NCBI GenBank assembly: GCA_037447605.1 | Contig: CM074815.1 | Span: 248,001 to 312,000, forward strand | From: Zygnema circumcarinatum SAG 698-1b | Taxonomy: Eukaryota > Plantae > Zygnematophyceae | Direction: 5' to 3' | DNA: 64,000 bases | Shown here: positions 18,106-30,898 of the stretch, in pieces | How the letters are laid out: every line of letters begins with the position of its first letter | Position numbering within the stretch: position 1 is the first letter of the stretch | Program-made: the position numbers and the translations under genes | The notes under the pieces: model-generated | Databases searched by the model: none | The model's input: the letters and a program-made list of their open reading frames with translations, nothing else | Told to the model about the DNA's origin: nothing

Positions 18106-19340
18106 CTGGTCTCGCTATAGCGAGAACGAGCCCCGGCAGCCCCGCCCCCGTTCCCACATCCACGACCAATAAGGCGCCGCCACGTGGCGGCTCGGCCCAA
18201 GCTCCCTCTATGAGCGGGAGGAGGGAGAGAGAGTCCTCAATATGGCGCTCCATGACAGCCTCTCTCGCGGTGACAGCTGTCAGGTTCATGCGCTGCATGG
18301 AGCCGCACGCGACGACGGTAGCAAAAAGCATATGGAAAAAAATTCCTTTTTGTTTTGGGTTTCACTTTCATTTTTTCTTTCAAAAAGTTCAAAGCAATCA
18401 GGGTTCAGACCTGGCTTTTCTAAGTTTCAAACTTTAAGTTCGAGTATTCTTTTTCGCTGAGAAATTCTCAAAACAACAAAGTTCAAATGTTGTCAGTCTC
18501 CAAATTTAGGGTTCCGAGGTTTTTTCAGTTTCAGTTGTTTTCAGGGTCAAAGGTTGTACCTGATTCCATTCCAACAACGAGTCGACGAAAATTTCAATCT
18601 GACCGCGCTGTGTGGGAGAGAGGGAGTCCAGCGGAGAGAGAGTCTCTCTCCCCCCCTCCGCCTCCCTCGCTGAACCCTCCGAGTGCGGCTCTGAACCCTT
18701 GGAGGCCTTAAACCCCTCTGTGCCTATAATGGTGGAAGCTGCGCAGAAGCTTCGTCCTTTGGAAAGGTGCTGCTTCCACCAGCCATTTCCCTGTGCATTG
18801 AGCGTTGTTGGACGGAACGGATAATTGAAACTGAAACTGTGGCGGGTGGTATCTTTGACGAGGTTGGAACGAAAACTGTAACTGAAACTGAAACTGAGAC
18901 TGTTGCATGTGTCGGGGGAGGTTGGGCGGCAAGTCGTGGTCGCAGTCGTGGACTTCAGAAAGTGAGTTTGTTGAGTACAAAGAGCCTGAAGAGGGAGAGG
19001 CAGAGAGAGAGAGAGAAAGAGAGAGAGAGACGAGATAAGAGAGAGGGAGAACGAGAGGGAGAGATTGAGAGGGAAGATAAAGAGAGAGAGAGAAAGAGAG
19101 GGAGAGAGAGAGAGGGTGGTGGGCGGGAGGGAGGGACAGGAGAGGGAAGGCGGGAGAGGGAAACAACGGGGTTTCAATTTTTAAAGTAAACGAAAAAAAA
19201 GGGAAGAAAAACTTAAATTTTAATCACAAGAGAAAGGAAAAAAAAAAAGGGAGAGTGCGGAAGGGAAGGATAGAGGAGGAGACAAAGAGTGGGAGGGAGC
19301 TGAGACTCACCGCAGTGCAGCGATGCCCTCTGCCCGCCAT
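18106..19340 (-). CDS. rsmG: Organellar 16S rRNA m7G527 methyltransferase RsmG/GidB, 5' part; remaining exons not in the sequence (100-N gap at 17394-17493)
   Basis: Exons 19340-19311 (tentative), 18985-18560 and 18292-18106. Motifs: QIEIFVDSLLEWNQ|RMNLTAVT..VMERHIEDSLSLLP..LLVVDVGTGAGLPGLVLAIARP. These are the GidB N-terminal WN..NLT and HIxDSL motifs and the SAM-binding DVGTGAGLPG. Confidence 0.9.
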
Positions 19341-22256
19341 TGCCGCCCCTCTCTCCCTCCCTCTCCCCCCCTCTCACTCTCTCTCTCTCTCTCTCTCCCT
19401 CTCTCTCTCTCTCCCTCTCTCTCTCACACACACACACGCTTCCGCTCTCACTCCCTCAATGACTCTCCTCCTGTCACTCTTCGTCTTTCCCCACCTCCCC
19501 TCCCCTCCCCTCTCTCTCTGTTTCTCCCTTCCCCCCCTCTCCCTCTCCCTCTCCCTCTCCCTCTCCCTCTCCCTCCCCCTCCGTCTCCCACTCTCACCTC
19601 CTCTCCCCCTCCCCTTCCCTCCCCCTCTCAGTCAAAGTACAGAGTGGCCCCAAACCGTGCTTCCTAACAGAACGCCGTCACAGTTGAACTGTGTGTTCAA
19701 CAGCGAACGCCGTCACCGTTAAAATTCACACTGTCCCATGTTTTTTTTTTTTATCCATGTGGCAATTACAGTCGATAAAAAAACCGGCAGTAGAACTGGA
19801 AAAACTTGCGAAAACAGATACCAAAACGAGTACTCGTTTGACTTCGCGGTTGTTTTTCAAAAGAGTACGCGTTCTATACGAAGCAGACTTCAGTAATACT
19901 GTACTCCAGAGAAAAGAGTTCAATTTACTGTGGAATAAAAATAAACAAGTCTGGTTTGACCAATAAGACAACGCCACGTGGCCGACACTTGAGACATGAG
20001 ACCCATGCCCGTACATCCATCCACACATCGGCCATGCATGCCGTGCCATGCCGGCGACATCCCGTCGATCTCTATTGTGCAACCGCAACATGCGCCAACA
20101 CCAACATTGGACCAACATTGCACCATGGTTGCCGAAGTCAAGTAGCGGGCGACCATGAACAACAACAACAACAACAACACGGCCTCTGCCCTCCTTGGAC
20201 GCGCCGCGGCTATCGATGACCGCCAGATGGCTCCCTCTCCCTCTCCCTCTCCCACTCCCTCTCTTCCTCTCCCTCTCCCTCTCCCTCCGCGCCACGTGGC
20301 TCACATCGACACCCTTCGCTTTCCCTTCTAAGAGCCGTATCGTTGTTGTTGGGCCAAGAACCAAACTTGCTCTCATGGCTCTCACCTCTCGGCAGGCCAT
20401 CAGTGAGCAGTTGCTTTTCCGTGGTTCCCCATTGCTTTACTTTTTCCGTATACGAAAAACAAGCCCTCCGTTCTGGCAAACCTTCCGTACAAAAAAGTCT
20501 CTCGGCGCAATCCTGATCGTATGTGTATCATCCGCACGTGTTAAAAATCATATCTACGGTGAATATACATCTCCTGTCCGCCAAAACTGTACGAATCCGC
20601 CAATCAGCGATCGTTATCAGAATTAAAGAAAAAAGATTCCGTACCATAAATCGTACGAATTGTTGCTTTCGTACAGTGCATCGTACATAAAATAATTTGT
20701 CCGTACGTAAAATCCATACACCCGCCGCCATTTCGGTCAATTTCCCTGTGTGGAGCTTCGGAGGGAGGCGGCGGCAGCTCGCACGTGAGAGGCAGCATGG
20801 AACGCAGGAATTCAGATGGCAGTTTCACGAAACGGATCCACGTGGCGACAGGCTCCATGGAAACGAAGCAGTTAGGCTAGAGATCGGTGGGTCTTTGTCG
20901 TTTCTGTGCAGCGATTCACATCCATCCGTCCATCTATCCATATGCATAATGCAGTCTTTTTTTATTATTTTTTTAATGAAAAAGACACATAAGAATATGC
21001 AACATTCAAAGAAAAAGGACGATTGACTGTGAAGAAAATAAAACCAGAAAAATCTCCAACACATTCATGAAAACCACTCGTAACATGCTTTCTTTATCTT
21101 AGGATGGCCCTGCAACAAGGGGGGGGGAGACAGACATCTGCCACATCTCCCTGCCCTCTCTCCCTCCCTCTCCCTTCCCTGCCCCTCAGCTCATCCTCCT
21201 CCGCATGATCCCTAAAACCCTAACCGGAAACCTTCTAACCGACCGTCAAAACTAGTCGCGGCCTATCCTCCTCCTGCTGCAGCAATTGGCGTGCCTGAAT
21301 GCTCGGTATATACACAGACGAAGTTTCTCCGCCTTCGCGGCAAGAACGCGGATCCTTATTGGCTAAATGCTCACAATTCCATGCCACACCAACATCATCG
21401 ATCTGCCTCTCTCCCTGTATTCTCTCTCTGTACCACTTCTCCCCCTCTCTCTCCCTCTCTCTCTCTCTCTCTGTCTCTATCTGTGTCTCGCTCTCTCTGT
21501 ACCTCTTATTCAGCTTCTGACAACTCAGAGACGAGACCCAAATTAAAGCACACTACATACGCGCGTGACCTGCAGCGGCCTCGCTGCCTAAGGGGACCTA
21601 CAGGGCAGAACATGGGTTCGTTCCTTCACTCATTCTACGCACTCAAACTGGGAAAAGGAGTCCTATCGACCCTGCTCCCAGCCGTGAAATGTTCACGGAA
21701 TTAATCCCTAACACGCGTATGTACACGGCAGCAACTCCACTTCTCCCTCCCACTCTCCTCCCTCTTCCTTCCCCCTCATGTCCTCCCTCCCTTTCGATCT
21801 CCTCCTCATATCGTCCGCCTCCACTGGCTCACATTTGCTTCCACAGTCTTCAGCTGGAATATCATGATTTCGCATGAAATCAAGGTATTGCGTCGAAACC
21901 CACAGCCCATCTCCATAGGCACTAAGAAAGACCCCAAACCGCCATTACCCGATGGTAGAAGTACCTGGTTTCACTCAACGAGTTTCCGACCAATCACTGC
22001 ACATTCCCCCTTTTGTCGCCTTCTCAACAAGCAGCAGCATGTGACAAAGCGGGTTGGCAGATAGGGCTCGTCGAAGACTGCTCTGGGGCACTCACGAAAC
22101 CTTTTGGGCACCCTGCGCCACACATACACCAAAAACGGTCCGTTCAGAACCCAATTGGCAGAACCCAATTGCGACATCCGGAACAACGAGAGGCTATTCG
22201 TCACCGTTCCCACGTACCACTGCTCGCTCTCTCACCCTCTTGCCCCATCCCCCACT

Positions 22257-23967
22257 TCACTCCCCCCTCCCCCCACTCTTTCCCTCCACCGCTTTGCTGG
22301 GATCACAAATAACATGATACACACAGAACAAAGAAAATCGCCATTCAAAGATAAAAAGCTGCTTGCACAAACCTGAATGCCTGTCCCGCCTGGAATTCTG
22401 CATGATCTCCGTGCACTCGTGGAGTTTTTGCGCACAGAGGCGTGCAACAGCATCGTCCAGCAACTGGCTGAACGCTTTCACCCTGTGGTCTGCCTGCTGC
22501 TTGGAATACATTTCAAAGAATTCCTTGTTTTCGTGCTCCAGCTCCCTCCACACTGCCGCAACATAGCAGAACAACGTCCGAGGACATCAGCCACACATCA
22601 CACAGGCATTAAGACATACATAGCAATGTCTTGAATGTACCCTGTCCCCGAACGGCTAGAAAGCAGGAGGAAGCGAAACCGAGACGGGGACGTCCAACTC
22701 TCCTTCATCAACATCTCCGTTCTTGACTCCGCTCTCCTCTCCTCTCTCCTGTCTCCCAACAATGACTCTCATCTCTCCTCTCCTCATTTTTGTTTCACAC
22801 TCCGTGCACTGATCCCTCATAATCAACCGTCCACTGTTGTTGCACCCGTTTCACTGTTCGCTTTCGATTCTTCACCTAATCTTCTCCATCTTTCTCAATC
22901 TCTCCTCGCACTCTCCCCTCTCTGTTTCTTTCCCCACGTCCCTCTCATCTCTTTCCCCTCCCCACCCTCCCTCGTTTATCTCTTCACCTTCTCCTCCCAT
23001 CTCCCTCTATATCTCCCCTCCACTCTATCGCTCCCCATTCTGTCTTCCCCTCCTCTTCCACTCATTTCTCTCCCACCGTCCCTGTTTTACCCAGTCTCTC
23101 ACCCCCCCTCCTCGATCCCACCCCCCTCTCTCCCTCCCTCCCTCCCCCCTCTCCATCCCATCCCTCTCTTCCGCCCCCCTATTCAGCCATGAAATGGCAG
23201 AATTCGGCTTCGGCCCATCATGCATGCATGCATGCAGGTAGACAGGCAGGCGTACCGGTGAGAGTGATGACTGGCTTCACGCGCGCGTGCTTGGCGAGTG
23301 CGCGCGCGCACTCGCTGCGGTCCATTCGTAGGAGCAGGCACCGCTCGATCAAGTGCTGCACCTGTGAGCGCATGAGCGACAGAGGGAGTCAGCGCATGAC
23401 GGGCATCCCCGCATGGATCCGCAGTCAGTCAGTCTCTGAAGACACATGCATGCCATAGACTGCCATTCTCTGCGTTCTGCATGCCCACTCGCTCTCCTTC
23501 ACTCTCTCCCATTGACTCTCCCTCGTTCTGTCTCTCGGTGACCAGATCCCCTGTTCTACTTCATCTGTTTTATACGAGATATGTATCCTGGCGATACAAA
23601 ATCTCCCCACTTCTATCTCTGTTCCTTCGTCTCCCTTCCCCCCTTTGACTCCAATGCCTCCCTCTCCCTTTTGGACTTCCCTCGCTCTCTCTCCCTCTCC
23701 ATCTATATCCCTCTTTCGACGCCTAAAACTCCAATCTCGCCCATCTCATCCATCCACACCCTCCGCATCGCTCTTTCAGCCTCTCTCACCACCCTTCGTC
23801 CAGCCCAACTCCTCCCTCTCCCCCTCCCCCTCCCTCTCTCTCTCCCTCACCCACCCCCTCTCCCTCCATGCACCACTCACCATGAGCACATACGAATGCG
23901 ACACCTCTCTGTTGGGCGACACTCTGCCACGTGGAGGCTGAGTTTTGGAAGCCTGCGGGAGCCGCAT
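22257..23967 (-). CDS. Plant conserved hypothetical protein CHP01589 / A_thal_3526 family
   Basis: Exons 23967-23881, 23361-23256 and 22552 onward; the end is uncertain (stop at 22257 if unspliced, possible donor near 22372). The translation EVSHSYVLM|VQHLIERCLLLRMDRSECARALAKHARVKPVITLTVWRELEHENKEFFEMY is the family signature. Confidence 0.88.
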
Positions 23968-24114
23968 CTTTCTCAGATCCAAACCCTAAAAGTGCCTCCC
24001 TGCTCTGCTTCTCTCCTCTCCCTTCCCTTCCTTTCGACCTAAAACGAAAGACGCCTAGAGAGAGAGGCACAGAAAGGGACACAGATAGGGAGAGAGGAGA
24101 GGGGAGAGCGAGAG

Positions 24115-24161
<47 letters not shown>

Positions 24162-25304
24162 GAGAGAGAAGGGAGGTCAAGACACAGAGGGGAGGCGGTT
24201 CCAAGAATTTGTAACGTCCCGAGGTCCAGAACTGCGCTAAGTTCGCAAAGTCAGAATTCCAGGAGAAGGGCTAGCGCCCTGGGGCCCTATATATACCCCT
24301 GCCGATATACCCCGTTTGTACCCCATCATTCGTCTCCCCCAATCCCTATATTTGTCCCGATTTTAAATACGAACCCGGTTCCAAAAATTGCCAGCAGGGC
24401 CAGCGCACGCCCCAGAGGCGTCCACGTCGGCACCTTGCCACGTGTCACCCGCGAGGCCGCTAGTAGACAAAATATTCCAGGACAGATGTCGCAGCCCCCG
24501 TGGTCGGTGCTGTCCTTGGCCATTCTCAGCTGTTGATTACAAGTGTGACGATTATCATCCGTCGGATGCCCGCTTGGGGTGGTCCGGAAACGACGTGCCC
24601 GAGCGCGCGGCCACGGCGGAGGGTGCCGCCCTTTGGCGGGCTTTCCACGGCAGCCGCCGAACCGGCAGCCAATGGGAGGCCGCCACGCTAGACAGAAAAT
24701 CCCATTTTCAGGATGGGGAGGAAAAAAGGCAAATTTCCGCACGTGTTAGGGAGGCTCCAGAGGCGGCCACGACAAGCAAGGGGGGGAGGCGACGCGGCCG
24801 CACGAAGGTGGCAGTTGGAGGGTTTTGGGATCGGACGGTCGAAGGCGCGCCTTGTGGCAGGTTTAAGGAGATCGAACGGTGGCGATTCGCGCGAGGCGGT
24901 GGCCAATGGCGAGGGCTGTGATATTTAAGGCGCGATATTTGGCGGGGCCGGGCACGAGGATCTCACGTGGACGCAGGTGGCTGCGGCGGCGGGAACTGGA
25001 TCTGTTGTGAACGCACCAAGCGGATGGGCGTTATGGCGGACGGCGCGCGTGGAACAGGTGTGGCGGGCAGAGGCGGTGGCGGGTGGGGGGAAGTCCACGT
25101 GTTTGCCCTGCCCTGGGTCGTGGCTTGTGGTTAGTTCGAGACTTTCGAGAAGCAAACATGAAACTTCAAAACATGACCCACAAACTCCTATGTCGCCTTG
25201 CCAACAAGTTGTTCAACATGCGCGGGCAGCACTCGCCTTTGGCCGTTCGGTGTCACGGCCCTCCGTGTCCTCCGTTTCCTGTGACTGAGAACTTGAGAGC
25301 TGCG

Positions 25305-25475
25305 AACTTCGAGCTGAGAAATGCGAACTGGGAACTGGGAACTGCTAACTGCGAACTTTAACTGAGAACTAAGAACTGTGAAATGCGAACTGATTACTGG
25401 CCACTGCAATCTGAGAACTGCGAACTGGGAACTGGGAACTGCGAACTGAGAACGGCGATGAGAACTGCGAACTGA
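25305..25475. repeat. Tandem degenerate GAACTG(C/G)-type repeats
   Basis: gcgaactgggaactgggaactgc, gaactgagaact and similar short units recur about 20 times. Confidence 0.8.
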
Positions 25476-26719
25476 GGAGCCGTCAGTCTTGACTACACCA
25501 TGTGACGTAACAGTTTTCAGTCAAGGGCGGTCACGTGTGCCAAAGCGGAGGTCCGGGGTTCGAAACCTCATAAAGGCAACGACACAGTTGCGGCGTCCTC
25601 GGAAACGTCTCGCACAGACCAGTACTTTTACGGAACTGCGGGGCAGTCGCAACATAGAACACCGTCACGTGACCATTTCGTGATTTCCAGCATTGTAGGC
25701 GCTCCTTCTTCAATTTTGTTGAGTACCAGTTACAAACTTGAGTGTTGGACAGGGTGGGAGCCAATCCCTCCTCTAACATGGACCGTACATAGAAGCAAGC
25801 TTTCCCCTTTAGACAGGAGAACCATCTCCCAAAAAGAATTTCACGCCATGCCACACCCACGCTGACGAGCGTTGATCTATTCAACATGGACGGCTGAGAT
25901 TAACCCTCTCAAGGCGTGGTAAACTCAGAAAGTAGCGCGCTTAATAGGGGGCTACAAACCAACAAGAAACGTGGCGACTCCGAACAACAAGCGACCAACA
26001 AATGGAGTACAGCGATGCAATGTAAAACCCTGAAAACCCTAAAGACAACGAGGGTTGGGAATCCAGCGAGTACTTCCTACACTGCATGAGCCAATCTCGG
26101 CACGCCACGTCGGACACAGTGCGTTTGTGGCAGATCACGGTTCGCCCTTCTCATCAAAGGACAGTTCGATGTCTACGTTCGGCATCGTTGGATGAGGCGA
26201 AATGGGACCGTTCAATGGTGGGTGCCCACAGTAAGGTGAGCAAATAATGACCGTTGGCTGGTGGAATTGCGCACAGGTGGATGAAACATCGAAAGATGTA
26301 AACCATTTGGAGTGGGCTACGTGAGCCGTCGGATGCAGTCCCTTCAGCATTGTACATTTGTCTATGTTTTTGAAGGGGGGGATAGGGGAGAGAAGAGAGA
26401 GAGGGAGAGAGTGGTAGGAGGTGTGAAAGTGAGAAAGGGAGGTGAGAGAGATAGAGAGAGGGGGGGAGGGGGGGCACACACTGTTAGATTAACCTACCTC
26501 TGACATTCGAATCACTTAGATCAAAATTGGGGCCCATTTTACCCCACAATAAATGCGCCTGCAAAACCTAATTAAAGCCGCCTGCCTCGTGTAGCACACC
26601 ATCCGAAAAAAATGTGCAACGGCAAAATTTTTCACCGTTTCTGTAAGACTAAGACGCTGCTAACGAAGTCAAGCGAAGTCGACCTAAGTCAAGCGAAGTC
26701 AAGATAAGTCAAGGCCGGT

Positions 26720-27239
26720 CTAAATGGCGGAAAAGTACTCCTTGCTGCCCTTGGGGTCGGGCTTCATTGACTTGTCCCCGGGCTTCCAGCCGGCGGGGCA
26801 GACCTCGTCAGGGTTGTCCTGCACGTATTGCAAGGCCTGTCCACATACCCCATTTGCACCCCATGATTAGAACACATTTATAAGGAAAAATATAAACGCA
26901 ATTCAACGCCCTTTCAAAACCCTGACAAAACCCCATCTAAACTGCCATTATACCCCACCTCTAGCCGAAAACTCTATGCCTATTTATACCCCAATTAGAC
27001 CTCCGTGTATCAATCCCCCTAAAACCCTAATTATCGTACCCTACTTGGACCCCATTTCTATACCAGCAAACCCCAAAACTACTCAATGAATAAATAAATA
27101 AACCCATTCACAGCCCTTTGTACTCGTCCTATCCAGATCCCATACCTGCCTAACCACACATCTTGTCGACCCCCAAATAATCAATTCCCACCCTTTGAAA
27201 CGATGACTTCCTTCCCACAGGAAAAACAAACAAAAAAAC

Positions 27240-27278
<39 letters not shown>

Positions 27279-29252
27279 CTCTCTCTCTCACACCCTCTCT
27301 CTCTGGGTCAAGTTGCCAATGGTTGGCAGGCGGTTGGTTACCTGAAGCGTCCTCAACGTCTCGTCCACGCTCCGTCCGATCGCCAAATTGTTGATGGTCG
27401 CGTGCTGGATGATGCCCTCTCTGTCGATTATGAACAGTCCGCGGAGAGCGATGCCCTGCCACAGAGTACCCCCCCACACAAAAGTGACGTCAGCATACAG
27501 AGAGAGAAAAAAACCTAAAAACCCTAAAAACCCTAAAAGTCACATCAGATGACGTCAGCCGCTAAAGGTGATGTCGGCATACAGACAAAAAACTACCAAG
27601 CATGACGTCAGGACACAGGATCATCGCAGCCGCTCTAGGCGACATCAACATGCAGAAAAAACCACCAAAAATGACGTCACCACACGAAAGAATCATCGTC
27701 AACCGTTAATGGTGACATCAGCATGCAGAAAAACTAATATGAACCGCTGAAGATTGACTGTCAACTTGCAGACAATGTTGAAGGTCTGCTTCCCAGCCAT
27801 GATCACATCTTCTGTGCAGAAATGATGCTAACACACAAAGTAATCCTCAAAATATTTCACGCTCCGTCACGGAGTCGGCGATCGATTCTACTGCGAGGTG
27901 GCGCAAGGTGAACAGAATTCGATGCATTTGACCGACGGCAAGAAGGAAAGCGAAACGGAAGAGAATAGAGCCCTAACATCTTTGGGCATGAGAACGTTGT
28001 AAGACTCGCTGATGCTCTTTGTGATGTCAGAGACAAGGGGGTACTTGAGATCGCCCAGACCTCCTGCCTTCCTGTCAGTTTGCACCCATGCCAAGTGGGA
28101 GAACTGCAAAGACAAAGAAAACATACAAATAGGGTAGAGTTAAAAACAAAAATTGGAGAAATTAGATTTTTACTCGGTAATTGGTCGATCAATCTCACAG
28201 GATTCGCAAAAAAATGACGATTGATATGAAGGTGAAAGTGCACGCTTGAGTGGCTTGCTGTTTGTAGGGTTTTTGAACGCTGTGAGAATGCTATGGGAAA
28301 ATACAGTGCATAGGTTCGAAGGGTGATAGATGCGGGGAAGAGAGGGAAGAGGACAGGAGAGGGAGGAAGAGGGGAGAGTGAGAGGAGAAGAAAAAGCGTA
28401 CCACACTGTCTACTGAGACACCGAGAATCTCAGTGTTAAGCTTCTCGAACTCCCCGTAGCGATCGCTGAAGGCCGTGATCTCTGCACCCCCCGCCCAACC
28501 ATCACTAAGAGGACTCATTCCCTATAGGAGGAAATAACAGAGAGGGAAACCGCGAGCGGGAGAAAGGAGAGGGGAGAGGAGGAATGAGAGGTAGCAAAAG
28601 AAGGGAGATAAGGGGAAAGAACAGTATTATAAGAGGTGATAGAAGACAGCAGAGAGGGCATCGTGAAGTGGAGAGCGAGACAAATGAAGCGACAATAGAG
28701 AGGATGAGGTTCTGAGGATGGGCAAAACCACCCAAACCCCGAGATGGCTTCGAATTTAGATCGGTCGACTAGTTCCAGTGCTAGAGGCTAAAAACTGCGA
28801 TGTAAGGGGAAGCTGACTTGGAAAGGAACGGAAGAGAATGACAAAAAGTACACGTGTACACGTGCATCGAGCAAACGAGAGAGATAGAGTGAGAAAGTGA
28901 GTGAAAAAGAGAGAGAAAGTGAGAGATATACCGGTTGGGCAGACGAAGGTGAAGTCCAGAGGGTAGAAGAAAAGCACCACATACTTCTTCTGGGCCTGGT
29001 AGTCGCTCAACTTCACCTGCATTTCAGACCTCAGCAGTTCAAGGGTGAGCGAGTGGGGGAGACAGAGAAGATAAGTACCGACTCAAGCACATCGCATAGG
29101 AGTGAAATGTATGACTCATGTAGGCCTCGTAGACAGAGGCAGGAAGAAGAAATACGTGAGAAAGGGAAGGTACAGGGTTGAGCGGAACTTTCAGAAGGAA
29201 GGAAGCAAATAAGCGGGAAGAGAGAAGAACAGCAAGGGATAGGAGTGGGAGC

Positions 29253-29293
<41 letters not shown>

Positions 29294-29592
29294 AAGTGGA
29301 GGGATGTGGAAGGGAGAAGTGTGTGGCAGTATAGAAGTCTAAGGGCAGGAAGGAAACGAGAGAGAGAAAGAGGAGAAGGAGAGAGGAAAAAGATGGAGTG
29401 CATGAAAGGAGGGACGCGATGTGAGTGGATACAAGGGAGAGGGGAGAAAGAGAGAGAGGAGAAAGAAAGAGACATGAGAGATAAAGTAGGAAGAGTAGAG
29501 AGAGAGAGAGAGAGAGACGGGAGAGTAGGGAGAGTGGGTGGTGGTGGAAAGGGAGAATAAAAGGGGAGAAAAACAGAGAGACACGTAGAAGG

Positions 29593-29624
<32 letters not shown>

Positions 29625-30898
29625 GCGCCAGGGTGAAGGAGCAGAGACAGAGAAAGCAGAGATAAAATAGACGGCAGAAAGAGCGAAAGGACGAAAATTT
29701 GAGGGAAAAGACAGAGGGAAAGGGGGATAGCCGGAAGGAGGGGAAGGGGTGGAGAGAGGGGGGAGGGGAATGGGAGACGGTGTGAGCGGGAGAGGGAGAG
29801 GGAGAGGGAGAGAGTGAGAGAGCCGACCTTCATGAACTCCTGATCGAAGACCGCCTCTGCCTCGAAGTCTGGAGCCGAGTTACCCGTCAGAGGGAGGCCA
29901 GCCTGAACGCAGGGCCATGAAAAACCACAAACCAAAAGTAAGAAACCACCTTAAAACCAAAGCAGCAAACCAAGAAAAAACCCAAAAAAATAGACCGTAG
30001 TAGTGAACTCTTCAACCACTGCCTTTGAAGCAGGCACCTGCATTCTCCCTCTCCTCGCTCCCTCCCTCCCTCCGTCGTTTCCTCCTACTCTATACCGCCC
30101 TCCGTCACTCTGTTCCTGATACTAGGCTCTCCGTCTTAACCAGAGCTCCCCTCTCCGTCATCCCTCTCTCTCCCTCCTCCCCCTCTCTCCCTCCTCCCCC
30201 TCTCTCCCTCCTCCCACTCTCTCCCTCCTCCCACTCTCTCCCTCCTCCCACTCTCTCCCTCCTCCCTCTCTTCCTCCTCCCTCTCTTCCTCCTCCCTCTC
30301 TTCCTCCTCCCCCTCTCTCCCTCCTCTCTCTCTCCCCCTCCACTCTCTCTCCCCCTCCTCCCTCTCTCTCCTTCCTTCCTCCCTCTCCCTCCTTCCTCTC
30401 TCTCCCAACTCCCTCTCCCTCTCTCCCTTCCCTCGCTCCCTTCCCTCTCTCCATCTGTCCTGCTCTCGCACACATCCCCCTCACCTCTCCCATTCACATC
30501 TCCCACTCCCACTCCCACTCTATCGCTCTCCCTAAAAATCTCTCCACCACCCTATCCCTATCCCCTCCCTCTCCCTCTCTCCCTCTCTATTCCCCTCTCA
30601 CTCTTCATCTCCTTCTCCCTCTCCCACTCCACATCCCACTCCCCCACTCCCTCCCCAGCTCCCTCTCCCTCTCTCTCTCCCTCTCCCTCTCCCTCTCCCT
30701 CTCCCTCTCCCTTACCCGCACGACTGCATGGCTGCGCTGAGCCCTGCACACTTTCGCGCTCTTCAGAGCGACCCTCTGCCCGCCGAAGCTTCCAACAAGC
30801 ACGGGCCGCGCGGAGGCAGGAGACCTAGCCACGTGGCAAGCTGCCTGCGCGACACGTGGCGTACACAGAGAGGCAGCGGTGGCGGTAGCGGCAGCCAT
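26720..30898 (-). CDS. BAS1: Plastid typical 2-Cys peroxiredoxin (BAS1/2-Cys PrxA-B type)
   Basis: Exons 30898-30716, 29902-29828, 29016-28932, 28481-28402, 28103-27978, 27455-27342 and 26836-26720 (TAG). It has the peroxidatic motif [30 protein letters not shown], the resolving motif [10 protein letters not shown], the C-terminal SKEYF, and a transit peptide in exon 1. Confidence 0.97.
27484..27735. repeat. Degenerate repeat of about 65-bp units carrying four perfect TGACGTCA palindromes, in Prx intron 5
   Basis: TGACGTCA at 27485, 27550, 27603 and 27672, alternating with TGA(C/T)(A/G)TC(A/G)(G/A)CAT(A/G)CAGA.AAAA units. Confidence 0.7.

Noticed and set aside
19726-21877. Several 70-224 aa ORFs between RsmG and the CHP01589 gene
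   Set aside because: They have no recognisable motifs, are dominated by low-complexity tracts, and give no convincing splice chain.
24205-25739. Possible LTR from TGTAACGTCCCG (24210) to GTTACA (25734)
   Set aside because: The flanking 5-mers differ (GAATT versus AACTT), so no TSD supports it.
25990-26240. Possible plus-strand exon ending at AAG|gtgag (about 26235)
   Set aside because: One frame is open but has no recognisable homology, and no partner exons were found.
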